The notes under the pieces were generated by a model. The model had not been told where the DNA came from, ran no database searches, and was given only the letters and a program-made list of their open reading frames with translations. The position numbers and the translations under genes are program-made. A stretch of 64,000 nucleotides of DNA from Raillietiella orientalis. Taxonomy: Eukaryota. Shown here piece after piece: positions 38,001-50,074 of this stretch (within the stretch, counting starts at the first letter, position 1; each line of letters begins with the position of its first letter). The stretch is taken from assembly GCA_036172245.1 (NCBI GenBank), contig JAYWIR010000075.1, positions 248,001 to 312,000 on the forward strand, written 5' to 3'.

Positions 38001-41000
38001 GCGCCTTCTTCCGTGGGTCGGGAGTCTCCACGAGCGGAAGGATCCTGCTGGGAAACGACTACCAGAACGAAGAGTCTACAGGAGAAGCGACACCTCCCAA
38101 TGCGGGAAGCGGTTCACAGACCTTCCGTACCATGTGGCATCAAAAAAAACTCCTCCCTCCTTGACCCCCCGAGGTTGCAAAAAGATGAGACGAGATCGGA
38201 GCGACCTCTCCGTCTGCACCCGACCCAGCGCCAGCGCTGGGGAGAGAGAAACCCTGCGCCTTTCCTGCGCCTTCCTGATCCAAAAGCAGATCCACTTCTT
38301 GGACGGGGAAGCGTCAGAAGTTTTTCTATGGGGCGGGGAGGAAACAGCGTCCCGGAGACCATCCGGACCTCACAGGAAGAGGCCACTTGCCTCGCATCTC
38401 GGACGGCGCCTTCTGCGAGCCTCCGTGAGTGACAGCAGCTGCAGGGGGGCGCGGCTCCCACCTCCTCAGCGCCACGCGGAGAAGCTTGACCACGACGTCT
38501 ACTCTTCCATCAGATGGCAGGAGGCAACACCCTCGACATCTCGGCGTAGTCAGAAAGGTCTCCCACCTTTCCTCCCGCAAGAAAAGGAAGTCTGGTCCGC
38601 TCCCCCGCACCCTCGTCCGGCATACTCACGGCCGGGAGGCGTCCGCCTCCACAGCACGAGCCCTCTTTCCAGCTTCCCACCTCCTCCAGGAAAACTTTTC
38701 GGCCCCCGGGAACGGAGCGATTCCGTGCTATTCCCCTGGAAGGGAAGAAGCAGGAGAAAGACAAGGGGAAGAGGAAGGCAAGAGCTCGACACGAAGGTGA
38801 GCAGCTAGACGCCGAGGATGTGACCCGCAAGGTCGAGCATTTCGTCTCCCGGACTCCGGGTAAGGGCGGACCCGACCGGTTTGGGGCTGCGTCCGGAAGG
38901 ATGGGCACCTGGAGATCCTCCAGCTTTCCTCCGCACCCTGACCCGCGCGGTCTTGCCTGCCCCTCTTCGCCTCGCATCTCTCCAAGCCATCTCAGCACCA
39001 GGGAAACGGCGCAAAGTATAAATCAGCCGGACGCTCTGCTGTTGCCACAGTCACCGTCTCACGATGAAAAAGGAACTGCAGAAATTAATTCAGGCTGCCC
39101 GAGATAAGCATCTTCCCGTTCCCATGGTCTCTCCTCCATTTTTACAGCGGAAGGCAAGGCTCGTGTGTTTTCGCATGGAGGGAAGCTGGGCCATGATTGT
39201 CACTCTCGGAGGAGAACGGACCGTTAGACGCGCCGCGATCATTACCAGCCATGCTGACAGCCGGAAGGCAGTCCTTGCTGTCGCCTCCCAGGTCTCTCCT
39301 CCCGTGTTTGCTCAGCAGCAGCAGCACCAGCAGGGCGTGTGGGAAGGGGAGGCGAGGAAGGAAACGGAAGGAGGTAGCAGCATTTCCTCAGCGTGCTCCT
39401 GGTCCACTCCGAGAAGATGGAGGGAGGAAGCATCCTCTCCGCGCGCATTTAGTCGGGAGTGAGCAGAACAGAGAGGAGGGGTGGGAGGTCCGGAGAATTA
39501 GATACGCTCTACCCTACCCTTTCTCTGATCCACGGGCGTTCCGGAGAGGACCGACGATGCCCCCTGAATTCGAAAGGAACCGCGCGCTACTCCCAAGGGC
39601 TCGTATCTCCCTGGAAGAGGACGCAAGGAGCTTCGTCCGGTTCTCGGAGATAAGGTCGCTCGAGAAAGAAACGAGAATTAGTTGGATGCTGGTCACCACT
39701 TTGGGTCCGGCGGTGGTCCAAGGGAAGAGGAAGAGGAGGCGACCAGGTACATCTCTCTACGGTCCCTTGTCGAAGAGATCCTCCCCCCTTCCTGCGAGTG
39801 TCCCGCGCGAGCCAGCGGGCAAGCATCATCCCGATCCGGGTGCGACAAAGGATGGCAAACATCCATCCGGAGCTGGTTCCAAGGAGCCTTTGCTCTTCCC
39901 ACTGCATAGGGAAAGACCCAGCCGTTCAGCGTGAAGAGCCCGCGGCCGCAAGGTTAGTCCTTGTTGGCAGTTTCCTCGGATCCTGCGCCCTCATCAAAAA
40001 GAAGAGCGTAGGGAGAAAGGGGAGGGGAGTGGGAAGAGTCACCCAGCATCCCTCTCCCTTTCTCTTCGCTCGGGGTAAAGTAGACGCCGCTCGTCGGCCT
40101 TGACTTCTCCTGTTACCGGTTCCAGAGTTCTGGATTCCCTCTCCGAGCCGTTTCGGGATTCCGCTGGGAGGCTTCGCGCGTCGCGTGCCCCGCTGCCAAG
40201 ACGACGCGGCCTCCTCCCTTCAGGACTTTCTCTTCCCCTGCTTTCGCCAGCACTTTCCTCCCCACGCCTCGCAGGTTTGGAGCGACCCCTCGATCAGGGA
40301 GCGCGGGAGAGGCGGAGGGAGAGAGGTTTCGCCCTGAGGGAGACAGACCGAGGCGAGGGCGCGTAGAGGATGCCGACAGGACCCTCCACCACACACGCGC
40401 AAGCCGCGTGGGCGCTTTTCTTTGAGAGCGGACCGGACTTCACTCTGGCACCAAGATGGAGCAGCGGTGACATGTGTCGGGAATGGTGAGGTATGGCTCA
40501 GGAAAGGACTCCTTCCTCGAGCGCTCGGCCTGGAAGAAAGAGAGCGAACCGTGGTCTCTCCCCCCCCCCCGCCTCAGAAACTCGACCTGACCCTTTCCTT
40601 GCTTCCCATCACGTCCCAAGGATGGTTAGGCGACCCGGAGCCGATGGCTCAACCCCTCCGGCACGGCCGAAGAGCTGCGGCCTCCTCAGAGCTTCTCCGA
40701 TGCTACCTCCTTCTCCCCTCCTTTTCTTCTCCTGGATGGAGGTGCCAGGGAGGTGCTCTATCTCCCGGGTGCTCCCCGTACAGCACCCGCATCCCTTCGG
40801 GCCTGCTTCCGAGGACGCTGAGGTGCTCGGGAGGAGAAACCAAGACTCCTCTTGACTCCCGGCCCTTCTCCTCGATGCCAGAGGGCGTTCCGGAGAAGCA
40901 AGGGGAGGAAAGGGACGTAGAGAGGAAAGGGGTGTGCGGGTGTGGGCGTGTGTGGGGGGGAGAGGGGGCGTGTTGCTCTCCCGCGTAGACCGGGCGGCAG

Positions 41001-42293
41001 AAGGAAACCGGGAACTCGGGGCGCCGGCAGCTATGGGAGGGGGATGGGATGGGAGGGGTAAAGGCTGGCGGCATGGGGGACTGGAGGAGAACCCGGCCTC
41101 ATTAGCAGGACGAGCAGGAGGGAGGCGGGGCACCCGTTGCCTAGCGGCGCGCCGCCACCGCGGATTATTGATCGCCCTTCTCTCCTCGGAGGAACCGAGC
41201 GGAGGAGCTCCCGCGGAATGACGTCGTCGTGGCTCCCGTAATTGCAGGTCTCTTGCCCTCCGCCGGTGCATGAAGAATTGGCCACCGGCCTTCTGGGGTT
41301 AATTAGCGCGGGGACATCCGTTCCTGACGTGCTCCGTTGATGAATGAGGGAGCTGCAGCGGGCTCTCCTCTTCGGCCGGCTACGCGCGCGCGCGCTGCCA
41401 CGCCGTAAAGGGTTTTTCCCGAGAGGCTCCAGAAGGATGTCCGGGAAGAAGCAGGAGCGAAAGCGGGCACGCGAGGGAGAGGATGGGAAAGGAAGGTTCC
41501 AAGGGGAGGGGAAGAGGAGCAGGAAGGCTTCTTCTCGGCAAGGATTCCAGCAGGAGGGAATCCTTGTTGCAACAGGCAGGATTGGAGTGGAAAAGACTTC
41601 CCCCGTCTCTGGGGGCTTCCTCCTCCAGGATATCGGAGCTCCTCGATCAAGAGTCACCTCTGTCTTCTCTTCGTCACATTCACCTCTTCTCCTTCTCCCG
41701 CACCCGCAGAGAGCTCAGCCACGACTCTGGACGCTTCCAGAATCGAGGCTACCCTCTTCCTGCCGCTTTCAGGTGTGTGGGACAGGACTCTCCAAGCCTC
41801 CGCTCTTCCTCTTCCCTCCTGCGGTAGGTCCCTTTCCCGGACCTCTCCGACCTCTTTCCGTGACGGATAGGCTGCTTCTGCCTTGGGACGAGGGAGAGCA
41901 ACGAAGGCCACTCTGGAAGGGAGGAGGAAGATGTCTTCGGCAGGAGAGAGTCCGGGAAAGGACGGCTTCCTAGGAGTATGGAAAGAAAGGAGAGGGTCCC
42001 CTGTTCTGGATCAGAGGGAACAAGATCCCCTTCACCCAGAAATGCTCCGGATTACTATGGTCTCTCCGAAACTCCCCCGGTAGACGAAGCGTCTCAGACC
42101 TTCGTGAGGGCTCCCTCTCGAGCAGAAGGAAGGGGAAGGAGTAGAGCGATGTTCGTGGAGGAAAAGGAGGACGGGAGGGAACGGAGGAGGAGGGCGATAG
42201 GGATGGATGGTGGCGTTTCCTGTAACCCTCCTCCCGTGACCTTCGTCTCCAATGAAGCCAATCTCTCCTGCTCCTTTGAGACGCACTCCCTGC

Positions 42294-42299
42294 TTTATT
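42294..42299 (-). terminator. Polyadenylation signal AATAAA of the atonal-like gene
   Basis: tttatt on + at 42294-42299, about 245 nt downstream of the stop codon, in otherwise GC-rich sequence. Confidence 0.55.
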
Positions 42300-42543
42300 T
42301 TCCAGGACAGCCTCCCTCGCCGTCCTCGCCTCATCGATCTCGGGCGCCGGGGTCGGGACGCGAAGGTCTCTCCAGGTCGGGTCCACTCGGGAAGACGAAT
42401 GGGAAGGCGAGGTACATCCCCCGCCTCGCTTCTCCCTTCACTGCCACTTGCCGTCACCATGCACACCTCCTCTGCCGACAAGGGCAGACGCACTTCGAGG
42501 TCTCCGGAGGGGACAGACAGAGGGGTGGAGATGAGGGCGGGCC

Positions 42544-43185
42544 TCATTCAAGGAGGTCCATGAGGGCACTGATGTAGCTCTGAGCCATCTGCAGAGTCTC
42601 ATACTTGGACAGTTGCCGGTCGTTGCCCAGCGACGGCAGCACCTTGCGCAGCTTGTCGAAGGCCACGTTCAGGTTGCGCATGCGCCTCCTCTCGCGAGCG
42701 TTGGCAGCGATACGCCTCCTCTTCACCGCCACCAGCGTGGTCGGCTGCTGCTGCTGCTTCTGCCTCCTTGGCTCCCTCTTGCTGGCGGGGACGGGCGCTA
42801 CCGGAAGGAAGATGTCCCTGGGAGGGTAGCAGCAGCCTTCTTCCTCTGACGTGATGGTGACGGAGCCTCCGCCCCGCTCCCCGGTCAGGCGCTCGCAGCC
42901 TCTTCCTCGTCCTCCTCCTAATCCCTCCGGAGGCTCTTCCTCCTCCGCCTGCTCGAAGCCAGGGTCCAAGCAGCGGAGGAACGATCCGTCCTCGAAAGGG
43001 CCGCCTTTGGAAGGCAGCGGGCAGTAGGGAGGAGTTTCCGGGAACACGTAGCGGTCGGGAAAGGGGGTGAACTTGGTGTCCTCCAGGGAGTGGGGTGGAG
43101 ACAGGCGATGTCCTCCTGGATCCCGGAGAAAGAGGATTCCTTCCGGGCGAGGGCGCCCTTCGAAGCCGCCCTCGGTCCAGACCAT
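42544..43185 (-). CDS. ato: Atonal-class proneural bHLH transcription factor (ato/amos-like), single exon, ~213 aa
   Basis: C-terminal b[63 protein letters not shown] has the [10 protein letters not shown] and LSKxETLQMA signatures of the Atonal family and ends right after helix 2, as ato does. First in-frame ATG is at 43185 (the ORF track starts at an upstream GTG). TGA at 42544-42546. ato versus amos cannot be settled without a tree. Confidence 0.95.
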   Translation of the reverse strand: MVWTEGGFEGRPRPEGILFLRDPGGHRLSPPHSLEDTKFTPFPDRYVFPETPPYCPLPSKGGPFEDGSFLRCLDPGFEQAEEEEPPEGLGGGRGRGCERLTGERGGGSVTITSEEEGCCYPPRDIFLPVAPVPASKREPRRQKQQQQPTTLVAVKRRRIAANARERRRMRNLNVAFDKLRKVLPSLGNDRQLSKYETLQMAQSYISALMDLLE

Positions 43186-43283
43186 CTCGCCGTTCCCGGG
43201 AGCCGCTGCTTCCGATGGGGGGAGCCACTGAGAACGCACCGCCGCCGCCACCGGCTTCGCCCGCAGAATAGGGGGAAAGGGGC

Positions 43284-43538
43284 GAATAACGAGCGGGCCA
43301 GGGGGGCTGGTGGATTTTAAAGACCTTCCAGGATACCCGCGCGTACGCCCAAGAAGTGATTGGCTCCGGGAAGACGAGTGGGAGGCGCTGCGAGCGAAGC
43401 AAGGGAAAGCGACCGTCCAACCGGGGAGGTTTCGCCTGGGGCGGTGTTGACTGATCGGCGACGGAAAGGGTCAGGGCGCGCGCACCGCCTCTTGCCCGCA
43501 CGCGTCCCGGTCGGTCAGCCGCCGCCGCCGCGTGGGAA
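43284..43538 (-). promoter_or_regulatory. Putative core/proximal promoter of the atonal-like gene
   Basis: On the gene strand: Inr-like TTATTC (43284-43289), TATA-like TTTAAAA (43315-43321) about 30 nt upstream of it, and CCAAT (43359-43363). On the + strand: CACGCG class-C site (~43499-43504) and Su(H)/CSL consensus CGTGGGAA (43531-43538). Confidence 0.55.
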
Positions 43539-45375
43539 GCCTCGTCGCCGGGTCACGCCGAACGGATGCACCCGCAGACCTCAAGGTCTCCCAGAGCGCG
43601 GAAGGCGCAAAGACCAGGATTCGATCGTGCCCATCCCGCCTCCCCTCCCCTCAGCGTCCATCCCACGAAGGGAGTAGAGATGAGGGCGGCCCCCGCATCG
43701 GCGCTCCTAAGATCCCCACCTGGATGCCAACACCTATGACCCCGAGATGAAAGAGAAAGGCAGCGGGCAGTAGGAAGGAGTTTCCAGAGAACACATGGCC
43801 CCTTTCTTGGAGCTCCCTCTCCGGAAGGACACTCCTGCCCTCCTGCTCCCGGTCGACAGGGATATAGGCTAGTAGTGGATTGCGTTCCGCCTTGGGTCCA
43901 TTTCCATCGGGAAGCTGCGCTGGGCAAGGGCGTCACTCGAGTTCCCTCGGCGGCCTTCGCACGACGAGAAGTTGGTGCCTCTTCCCGAGACGGGAGAGCG
44001 AGCGAGCCACATCGCATGTGGTCTTTCTTCAGAGTTCCTTCTCATCCCATCCCTTCCTCCAGGAGCAGAGTACGAACGGAAGAAGAAGGACCTCGGAGAC
44101 GCTGAGGAGGCTCTGAGGAAGATACGACCGGCCGCCATGGGGAATACCCGGGATGCAACCAGTCCGGGAGTCCTGCGCTCCGCAGAGGACTGAACACAGG
44201 AGACGGAAGGAGGGATCCTGGGAAGTCGCTCCATGAAACTTCGGGAAGGGATGACACCGTCTTTGGTCGTTCCTCGCCCCTCCCCTCCTGGCAGGCGGGT
44301 TTTCCTCCTCACTCTCTTCCTCTCTCTCCGTTTTCTCTGCCTGCCCAGCACACCAGGGAACCTCCGGGGAACGGTTGGGAGCTCGTCTTTCCCACTCATC
44401 TTTCTCCCTCCTTCCCCCGCAGCTTTCCCCAATCTTTTCTCTCTTAAGGAAGAAAACGAAAGGGAGAAGAGCTTTCCGAGGAATGGGAGAAGTCGTTTTC
44501 CCTACCGCATTCTTCTACCCTCGTATCCTCCTTCCCCTTTTTTCGGTCATCTCACTTTGTCCCATAGTTCTCTTCTCTCCCCTCCCTCCCTTTGCGAGGG
44601 AGAGTGGGAACACCGAGATGCGCGAAGACGATTCGAGGGTCGAATGAAAGGCAGGAGGAAGGCGCGCTACCGGTCACGTGGCGGGAGGACTCCTGGAGAT
44701 CTTGGGTCGCATTGGGATGAGGTTCTCCCCAGACACTGGGAGGGGGACTTCGCAGACCGCTTGCTTGGGAGGAGGGACAGCAGACGAAGACGCCTCAGCT
44801 AACCGTCATGAACAGAGACCGATCTGTAGGGCCACCCAGAGAGCAGGGGTCTGATGGGCAGGAAAGAGGAACGAAGGAGGAGGAATCCCTGGGTGCCTCC
44901 TGCGGACGGAGAGTGCGCTCCCTGAGACTGTCGAAGAACTCCCGATATGAGAGGGAGATAGAGGGGGAGGTACGAAACTCTTTGCTGGGGGAGGGCTTGC
45001 CCTCTGGACTTTGGGAGTCGGGGATCAAGTCTGCAGGGAGCCCAGCCAGACGAAAGTCTCAGAGGGAAGACGGGACGCAGAACACGCGAGCGGAAGGGGT
45101 CGCCGCTCTAGCCGTGCTTCCTCTTCCTCCTCCACCCTTGTGACGGCCCCTGAGGGGGAGCCGGACTTCCTCCCCTTGCAGCCCTCTCGATCCCCCGGCG
45201 GCGGACTACATTCCCGTTCCCCTGTTTCGATCCAGTCACGCCTCGCCTCGCCTCTGATTCAGTCTGCAGGAAATCGACCATCCCTCCCTGCAACCCTAGA
45301 AATCCAGAGGCATCGGAGAGTGTTCCCTGGATGGTAGTGAAGCTGGATCCAGTGTCCAACGACCTCCTTCTGAGC

Positions 45376-45426
45376 GGTTCTGGATCCGATTTTATGGTTC
45401 TGGATCCGATTTTCTGGTTCTGGATC
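45376..45426. repeat. 20-bp tandem repeat, ~2.5 copies
   Basis: ggttctggatccgatttt(a/c)t twice, plus ggttctggatc. Confidence 0.95.
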
Positions 45427-46633
45427 GCTCTCCAGAAGTCTACAACTTTTCCCAGTAGGATCGTGGACGTGACCTCCCGTATCCCTCCATCCAGGTGGCC
45501 TCTGCATGGCTCCGCCTTTTCCCCCTTTGTTCCTGGATCTGGAGCATCTTTCACATGAGCTCTGTCACGCTCCTTGGGGAGGAAACGACGGCTTGGAGTT
45601 CCCGCGTAAAATCTCTTCCGGCAAGTTGTGCAGCGTACAGTGCGCGACGTGCGCCATCTCGCGACTTCCGAGACTCCCGCGGAGTGCTCTGGAAAGTCTG
45701 GGAACAACAGCTGCTCCCCCGGAGCAATCCTCTCTGGTTCTTGAGGTGGGGAACCCGCAGCGAACGGACTCGACGCACCACCAAGAGGCTCGAAGGCGCT
45801 GCCCCCGCCCTCGTGGGGATGAGGTGAAAAGGGGAAGGGCAGAAGGACAACGCAGAGAACCTTATCATGCCTTCAACTCAGGGAGATGCGTCCTCGCCAA
45901 TCCCCAAACGCTTGCAGCTGGGAGTTCGTTTGCGGGTTCCGGATGAACCCTCCAGAGAATAAAGGAAGAATTTCCAGTTCCCTAGTTGATCCTAGGGTTT
46001 CCCTGCACTGCCTACAGAGCACCAGGAGACCCAAAGGACCTTCGGATCGAATCGAGATCAATTAGACAGACTGCAACGGACGTGACTTCCCGGTTGCCAC
46101 GTCTTTGAAGTCGGTCGCGTTCTTGCGCCTCCGGAAGCGAGAAGCTTCCAGAATTGCTGTGAGGCCTCAAGTGGACGGGACTCGACGCTGAGGATCTCTC
46201 GGAAGATCGAGTACCCCGGTAGCTGGCTTCACTTTGCAGGGAAGGTCAGAGTCCGCTGGAGGCCAAGAGCTAGGCGCCGAACCTTCTTACTCCAGGAAAC
46301 GCCCGTAAACTCGCATTCCGAAGTAGGTGCGCTTTCCCGGGAAAGAAAATCTCTGCGACTTCGCAGCGCCAATGGGTCGCCGCGCCCGTGTCCCGCGTCC
46401 CTGGAAGCGGAAGTGAGCTCCCAGCAAAAGTTTCGAGTGGCTACATCTCTACACGACCGAGGAAACGAAGCCTTTGGAGAACGCAGGGGAGCGCGCAGGG
46501 GCACGTGGCGGCGCGCTCGAATCGCATGCAACAGTGGGTCGCTCGAACACATGAAGGTGGACGCGTTTGTACATGCATGTTGTGTGCCCACGCACCCACC
46601 CACGTGTGGGTACGGCATGCTGCAGTAGACGCT

Positions 46634-46882
46634 CTCGCGCAGGTGTACCAATGGAAGATTGAAGGTGGGCGGAAGGAAGGGGGAGGGTAGAGGTGAAATC
46701 TCTTAGCGACACCGCGAGCAGCCGAAGGTGTGCAGGGGGGCGAAGTCTCCGGTTCGTTCTAGAGTGAGTGAAACGGAATTTCCCATGACGACGACGACGC
46801 AAGCAGGCTCGTGGTCTGGCGGCCGCACAGCCTCTACGCCGCGCTTCCAAGCTCGCGCAGATGTACCAATGAAAAATTGAAG
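46634..46882 (+). repeat. Repeat unit bounded by 31-bp direct repeats; interior has a second copy at ~49780-49950
   Basis: ctcgcgcaggtgtaccaatggaagattgaag (46634-46664) vs ctcgcgcagatgtaccaatgaaaaattgaag (46852-46882). Interior ccggttcgttctag.gtgag..ttcccatgacgacgacga..ctcgtggt.tggc is shared with 49840-49920. Confidence 0.85.
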
Positions 46883-47539
46883 AGTGTTCCTTTCCCCACT
46901 TCCAAGAGCTGGAGCAGGTAAGGCGGCAAAAGTCTGCTTATCGTGGAAAGTGATCGCCCGTACGTTTTAGGGCAGTGCGTGCGTTCGTGATAAACGGTCC
47001 GAGACGTGTTTGCAAATCATCCTCTTACGGATGGATGTAACCGAACATTCGGAGCGCTCCGAGCTGTGATTTGTAGCCACAAAAAAATGACCTGAGTCCC
47101 CTTTCGGATGTTCAACTCACGGGAAAGTTTCCGAGGCAGCATGAAGGGATGCGCGGGTCCTGTGCGTATTTGTGGGGCGCTTTCGGTGCCCCGCATGTGT
47201 CGGAAACGTGCGTGGACTTGGGGCAGTACGCATAGGTCTGTCTTCTGCTCTGGTTCACTTTCTGTTCTGTTCTTCCTGTTCTCGTGAGAGCTCCCGATAA
47301 CTGTGACCTATCCTTCGTAGTCGCAATCAGTTCTTCAGTCTTCGGAAGCTGAAGAAATTTCTTTCTAGGTAAAACCTGCTTGGCTGAACCGGAAGGGAGC
47401 ATCATAAAATGCAAGTAGGTGGGTACATCGTGCAGTGACCGTTTTTATGTTTCTCATTTCTTCTTGTTGCTATTCTCGTTCCTTTCGGTGCTGATGGCAC
47501 ATTGAGTTGGTGCAAAACTCAGCATTCCTCGGTCAAGAC

Positions 47540-47940
47540 TTCCGGATCAAAGCTCACTGTGGGGCAGTGTTCTGCTTCTTGACAAAAATCGCCTCCAGAG
47601 GCGATGCTTGTAGAGAAGAAAAGAAGGACAACAGGATGCAGAGCTTTTTCAAGAGTCCTCATCTCCCATTGCGACAATACTACTCGAGGCGGTCCAGCAA
47701 CGAGCTTTCCAGAATTTCGAACTAACTAACACCGCCGTCACGATCTTGAGGTCAGATCTTTTCGGAGCAGCCTGGTCCACGATTTTCTCAGTTCACGCCT
47801 ACTCTTCAAAGATAGACGTCCCTATGCTATCATCAGGCTTCCTTGAGAATTTAAAAGCAGCGCTTGAAATGGTCCCTTCTGAAAGTTTGAAACTGGAGGA
47901 CGATCCAGAGTACTCGAACAGCAGCACCATCCTCTGAAGT
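47540..47940 (+). mobile_element. RTE-type APE endonuclease remnant
   Basis: STIFSVHAYSSK...GFLENLKAALEMVPSE ~ TII.AYAPT...FYE.L...L..VP. Confidence 0.35.
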
Positions 47941-47949
47941 GGCAGTAAT

Positions 47950-48450
47950 CGGCGTTGATGCTGCTGCACGGGGTCTTCTTGCAACTCTCGCCTACGTCAC
48001 CGAACACTGGGGAGTGCGAGCACGGACTGTCGCAGGTGAGGGGAACGAGAGTCCCTCCCCACCTGCTTGTAGACTGTGCTGCCCTCCGGTCCCTATGGCA
48101 ATGTTTAGGAACGACCCTCCGGATCCCGGTTGGCACCCCTAGGGACGTTTTACGGCTGCTCTTTGTGCAGGATGCCTTGCAGTCAGCCGCAGCTTCAGCA
48201 GCGCTTTGCTGAATCTGCGGGATTGTGGGGGCCTGGAGCGAAGCCGATAGAGGAATCCCCTATGGGAACTTTTTGTTACGATCCTACGGACCCCGGTTGG
48301 CAACCCCAAAGACGTTGTGAAACTCCTCTGCACGCAAGACACTCTACCTCCAGCCGCAGTCTTGGCAGTTCTTTGCTTCATCCGCAGGATTCTGGCTGCT
48401 TGGAGCGACGCTGAAGGAGCACCGAACGGAGAGAACGCCACCGACTATGC
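47950..48450 (+). mobile_element. Tx1/L1-type ORF2 C-terminal (zinc-binding) fragment with internal duplication; inverted relative at ~60450-60850
   Basis: LLHG...PHLLVDCAALRSLW...RDVLRLLF. The segment 48120-48230 is repeated at 48290-48410. tgccctccggtccct..gg is shared with the 60740-60760 minus strand (ESFPILL..CVALRSLW...VKLLF...AWRN). Confidence 0.55.
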
Positions 48451-49977
48451 ACTTCGCTTTCTGCGGACAGCAGCAAGATGGTTCCACCTGGGTACAATCA
48501 GGATCGACCTAGTCGGCATCCTAAAGAGGATTCAGAGGACGCCCTCCAGCGGACAACAATCCCTTCCCGGTCTTCCAGGTTTTTTTTTTGTTGTTTTTAT
48601 TCGTGAACTTCCTTTTTTTTTCTTTGGTTTCCCCATTTCCCTTTCGCTGTCGAGGTGAACCTCGCTGATCTGCGGGCAGGCAACGCGGCACTTCCACAGA
48701 CAAACTGAGCGTGATAGGACCACGTGTCTTACCACCATTTTGTAAGTCCGTTTAGATTTTAATGAATGCCGTCGGAGTATCCGAATGGAAATCAAAAACT
48801 TCTTCAAATCATCATCATTTTTTTGTAAGAAACCACGCTCCCTCGAAAGAGGAGTTAAAGATGAATGTGAGCACGGTACAAGTGCTACTCTTCCCGACAA
48901 ATACGGCAAAGCACCAAGAAAGGCGCTTTAGGCACCAAGAAAGCCGTCATCAAAAAAAATGAAATAAAATAAAAATCGAGGGAAAACACACACACACACA
49001 TTGCCGTTTTCTTCTGCCCTCGCCGGATCGCTCGCTCCTGTACTGATGAGGTGTTGTCAACGATCACAAGCAGTTACGGATCACTGCGGCACCGCAATTG
49101 CTCTATGGAACCTCGGAAAGTCAGTGATTTCGCATCGGTGCGTTTTTTTTTCTTCTCCTCTCTCTCTTTTTTTAACTCCAGATGTTCCCCGCTAGCTCGT
49201 ATCTCCTTGTGGGATCGTCCCGTGAAGGAAGACTGACTAGGCTCGAAGCAATTGGTCTGGCTCTAGTCACAAAGATTAATGACCTAAAATTTTGTGGTGC
49301 TCTCTTTACTACGGATGGCTTCTGAAAAATTCCGACTGATCTTCTCCGAAGGACCTCGCGCTGCTGCCCAGCAGCTGCCGGACTCCCAGTCTGCATGCAT
49401 CACTGAGGGGAAAAGGTCCATCATGCCCGATCTCCGTCGGGACACGTCGGGTACCGGTGGATGGGAGGAATTTTCGTCCCCGGTCCCTAAAGGACTATGG
49501 GGGACGAAAATTTCCTCTTCGTATGGCGAACGCGGCAGTGCTGCTTTCAGGTGTTGAGGGAAAATGCGAAATGAAAAAGCATGGAGCGCGAGCCGCAAGA
49601 GGGAAAACTCCAGATCGCTGGCTGTCTCTGGGATAGGAACTTCTCTTCGATCCAGGTTCCTTCAACGGCTCGAGGCAACGAAAGGGGGGCAAAGGAAGCT
49701 TGCGGATGGTGATCTACAAGTTCAGGTTGATCGGATCTTGCGTAGGATGGCGAGTAAGGGGAAGCGGTCGCAAGGACAGGAAACATCCCTTAAAGCCACA
49801 CTGCGATTTCAGTCGGAGGTGAGCAGGGTGTGGAAATCGCCGGTTCGTTCTAGTGTGAGGGAAAAGAAAGTTCCCATGACGACGACGATGGCACGCGGCG
49901 GACTCGTGGTTTGGCAGCTGCACTGCCTCTATGCCGCGTTTTCGAGCAGCTTTGCCTTGGAATGGAAAGTGATAGAA

Positions 49978-50074
49978 ACTCTCTGTTGGCCGGCGATGTA
50001 GCACTGTGCTACATCGCCGACCAACTGAGAGTCCTTCTTACTCTCTGCAGCACAGTGCTGCAGAGAGTAAGAAG
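49978..50074. repeat. Two abutting odd-length palindromes sharing a GCAC-W-GTGC centre
   Basis: 49978-50032 has 27-bp arms with 2 mismatches, centre 50005. 50034-50074 is perfect with 20-bp arms: cttcttactctctgcagcac-a-gtgctgcagagagtaagaag. Confidence 0.95.

Noticed and set aside
19900..42300. Numerous 150-280 aa ORFs in the GC-rich desert
   Set aside because: Arg/Pro/Ser/Gly-rich, overlapping in all frames and with no domain. Expected from GC content.
42599..43501. 300-aa overlapping ORF in another frame on the ato strand
   Set aside because: Non-ATG start, low-complexity Arg/Gly/Pro/Ala content, and it spans the promoter. It is a shadow of GC-rich coding sequence.
45376..45426. Short direct repeats as a CRISPR array
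   Set aside because: No spacers, no cas genes, eukaryotic context. It is a simple minisatellite.
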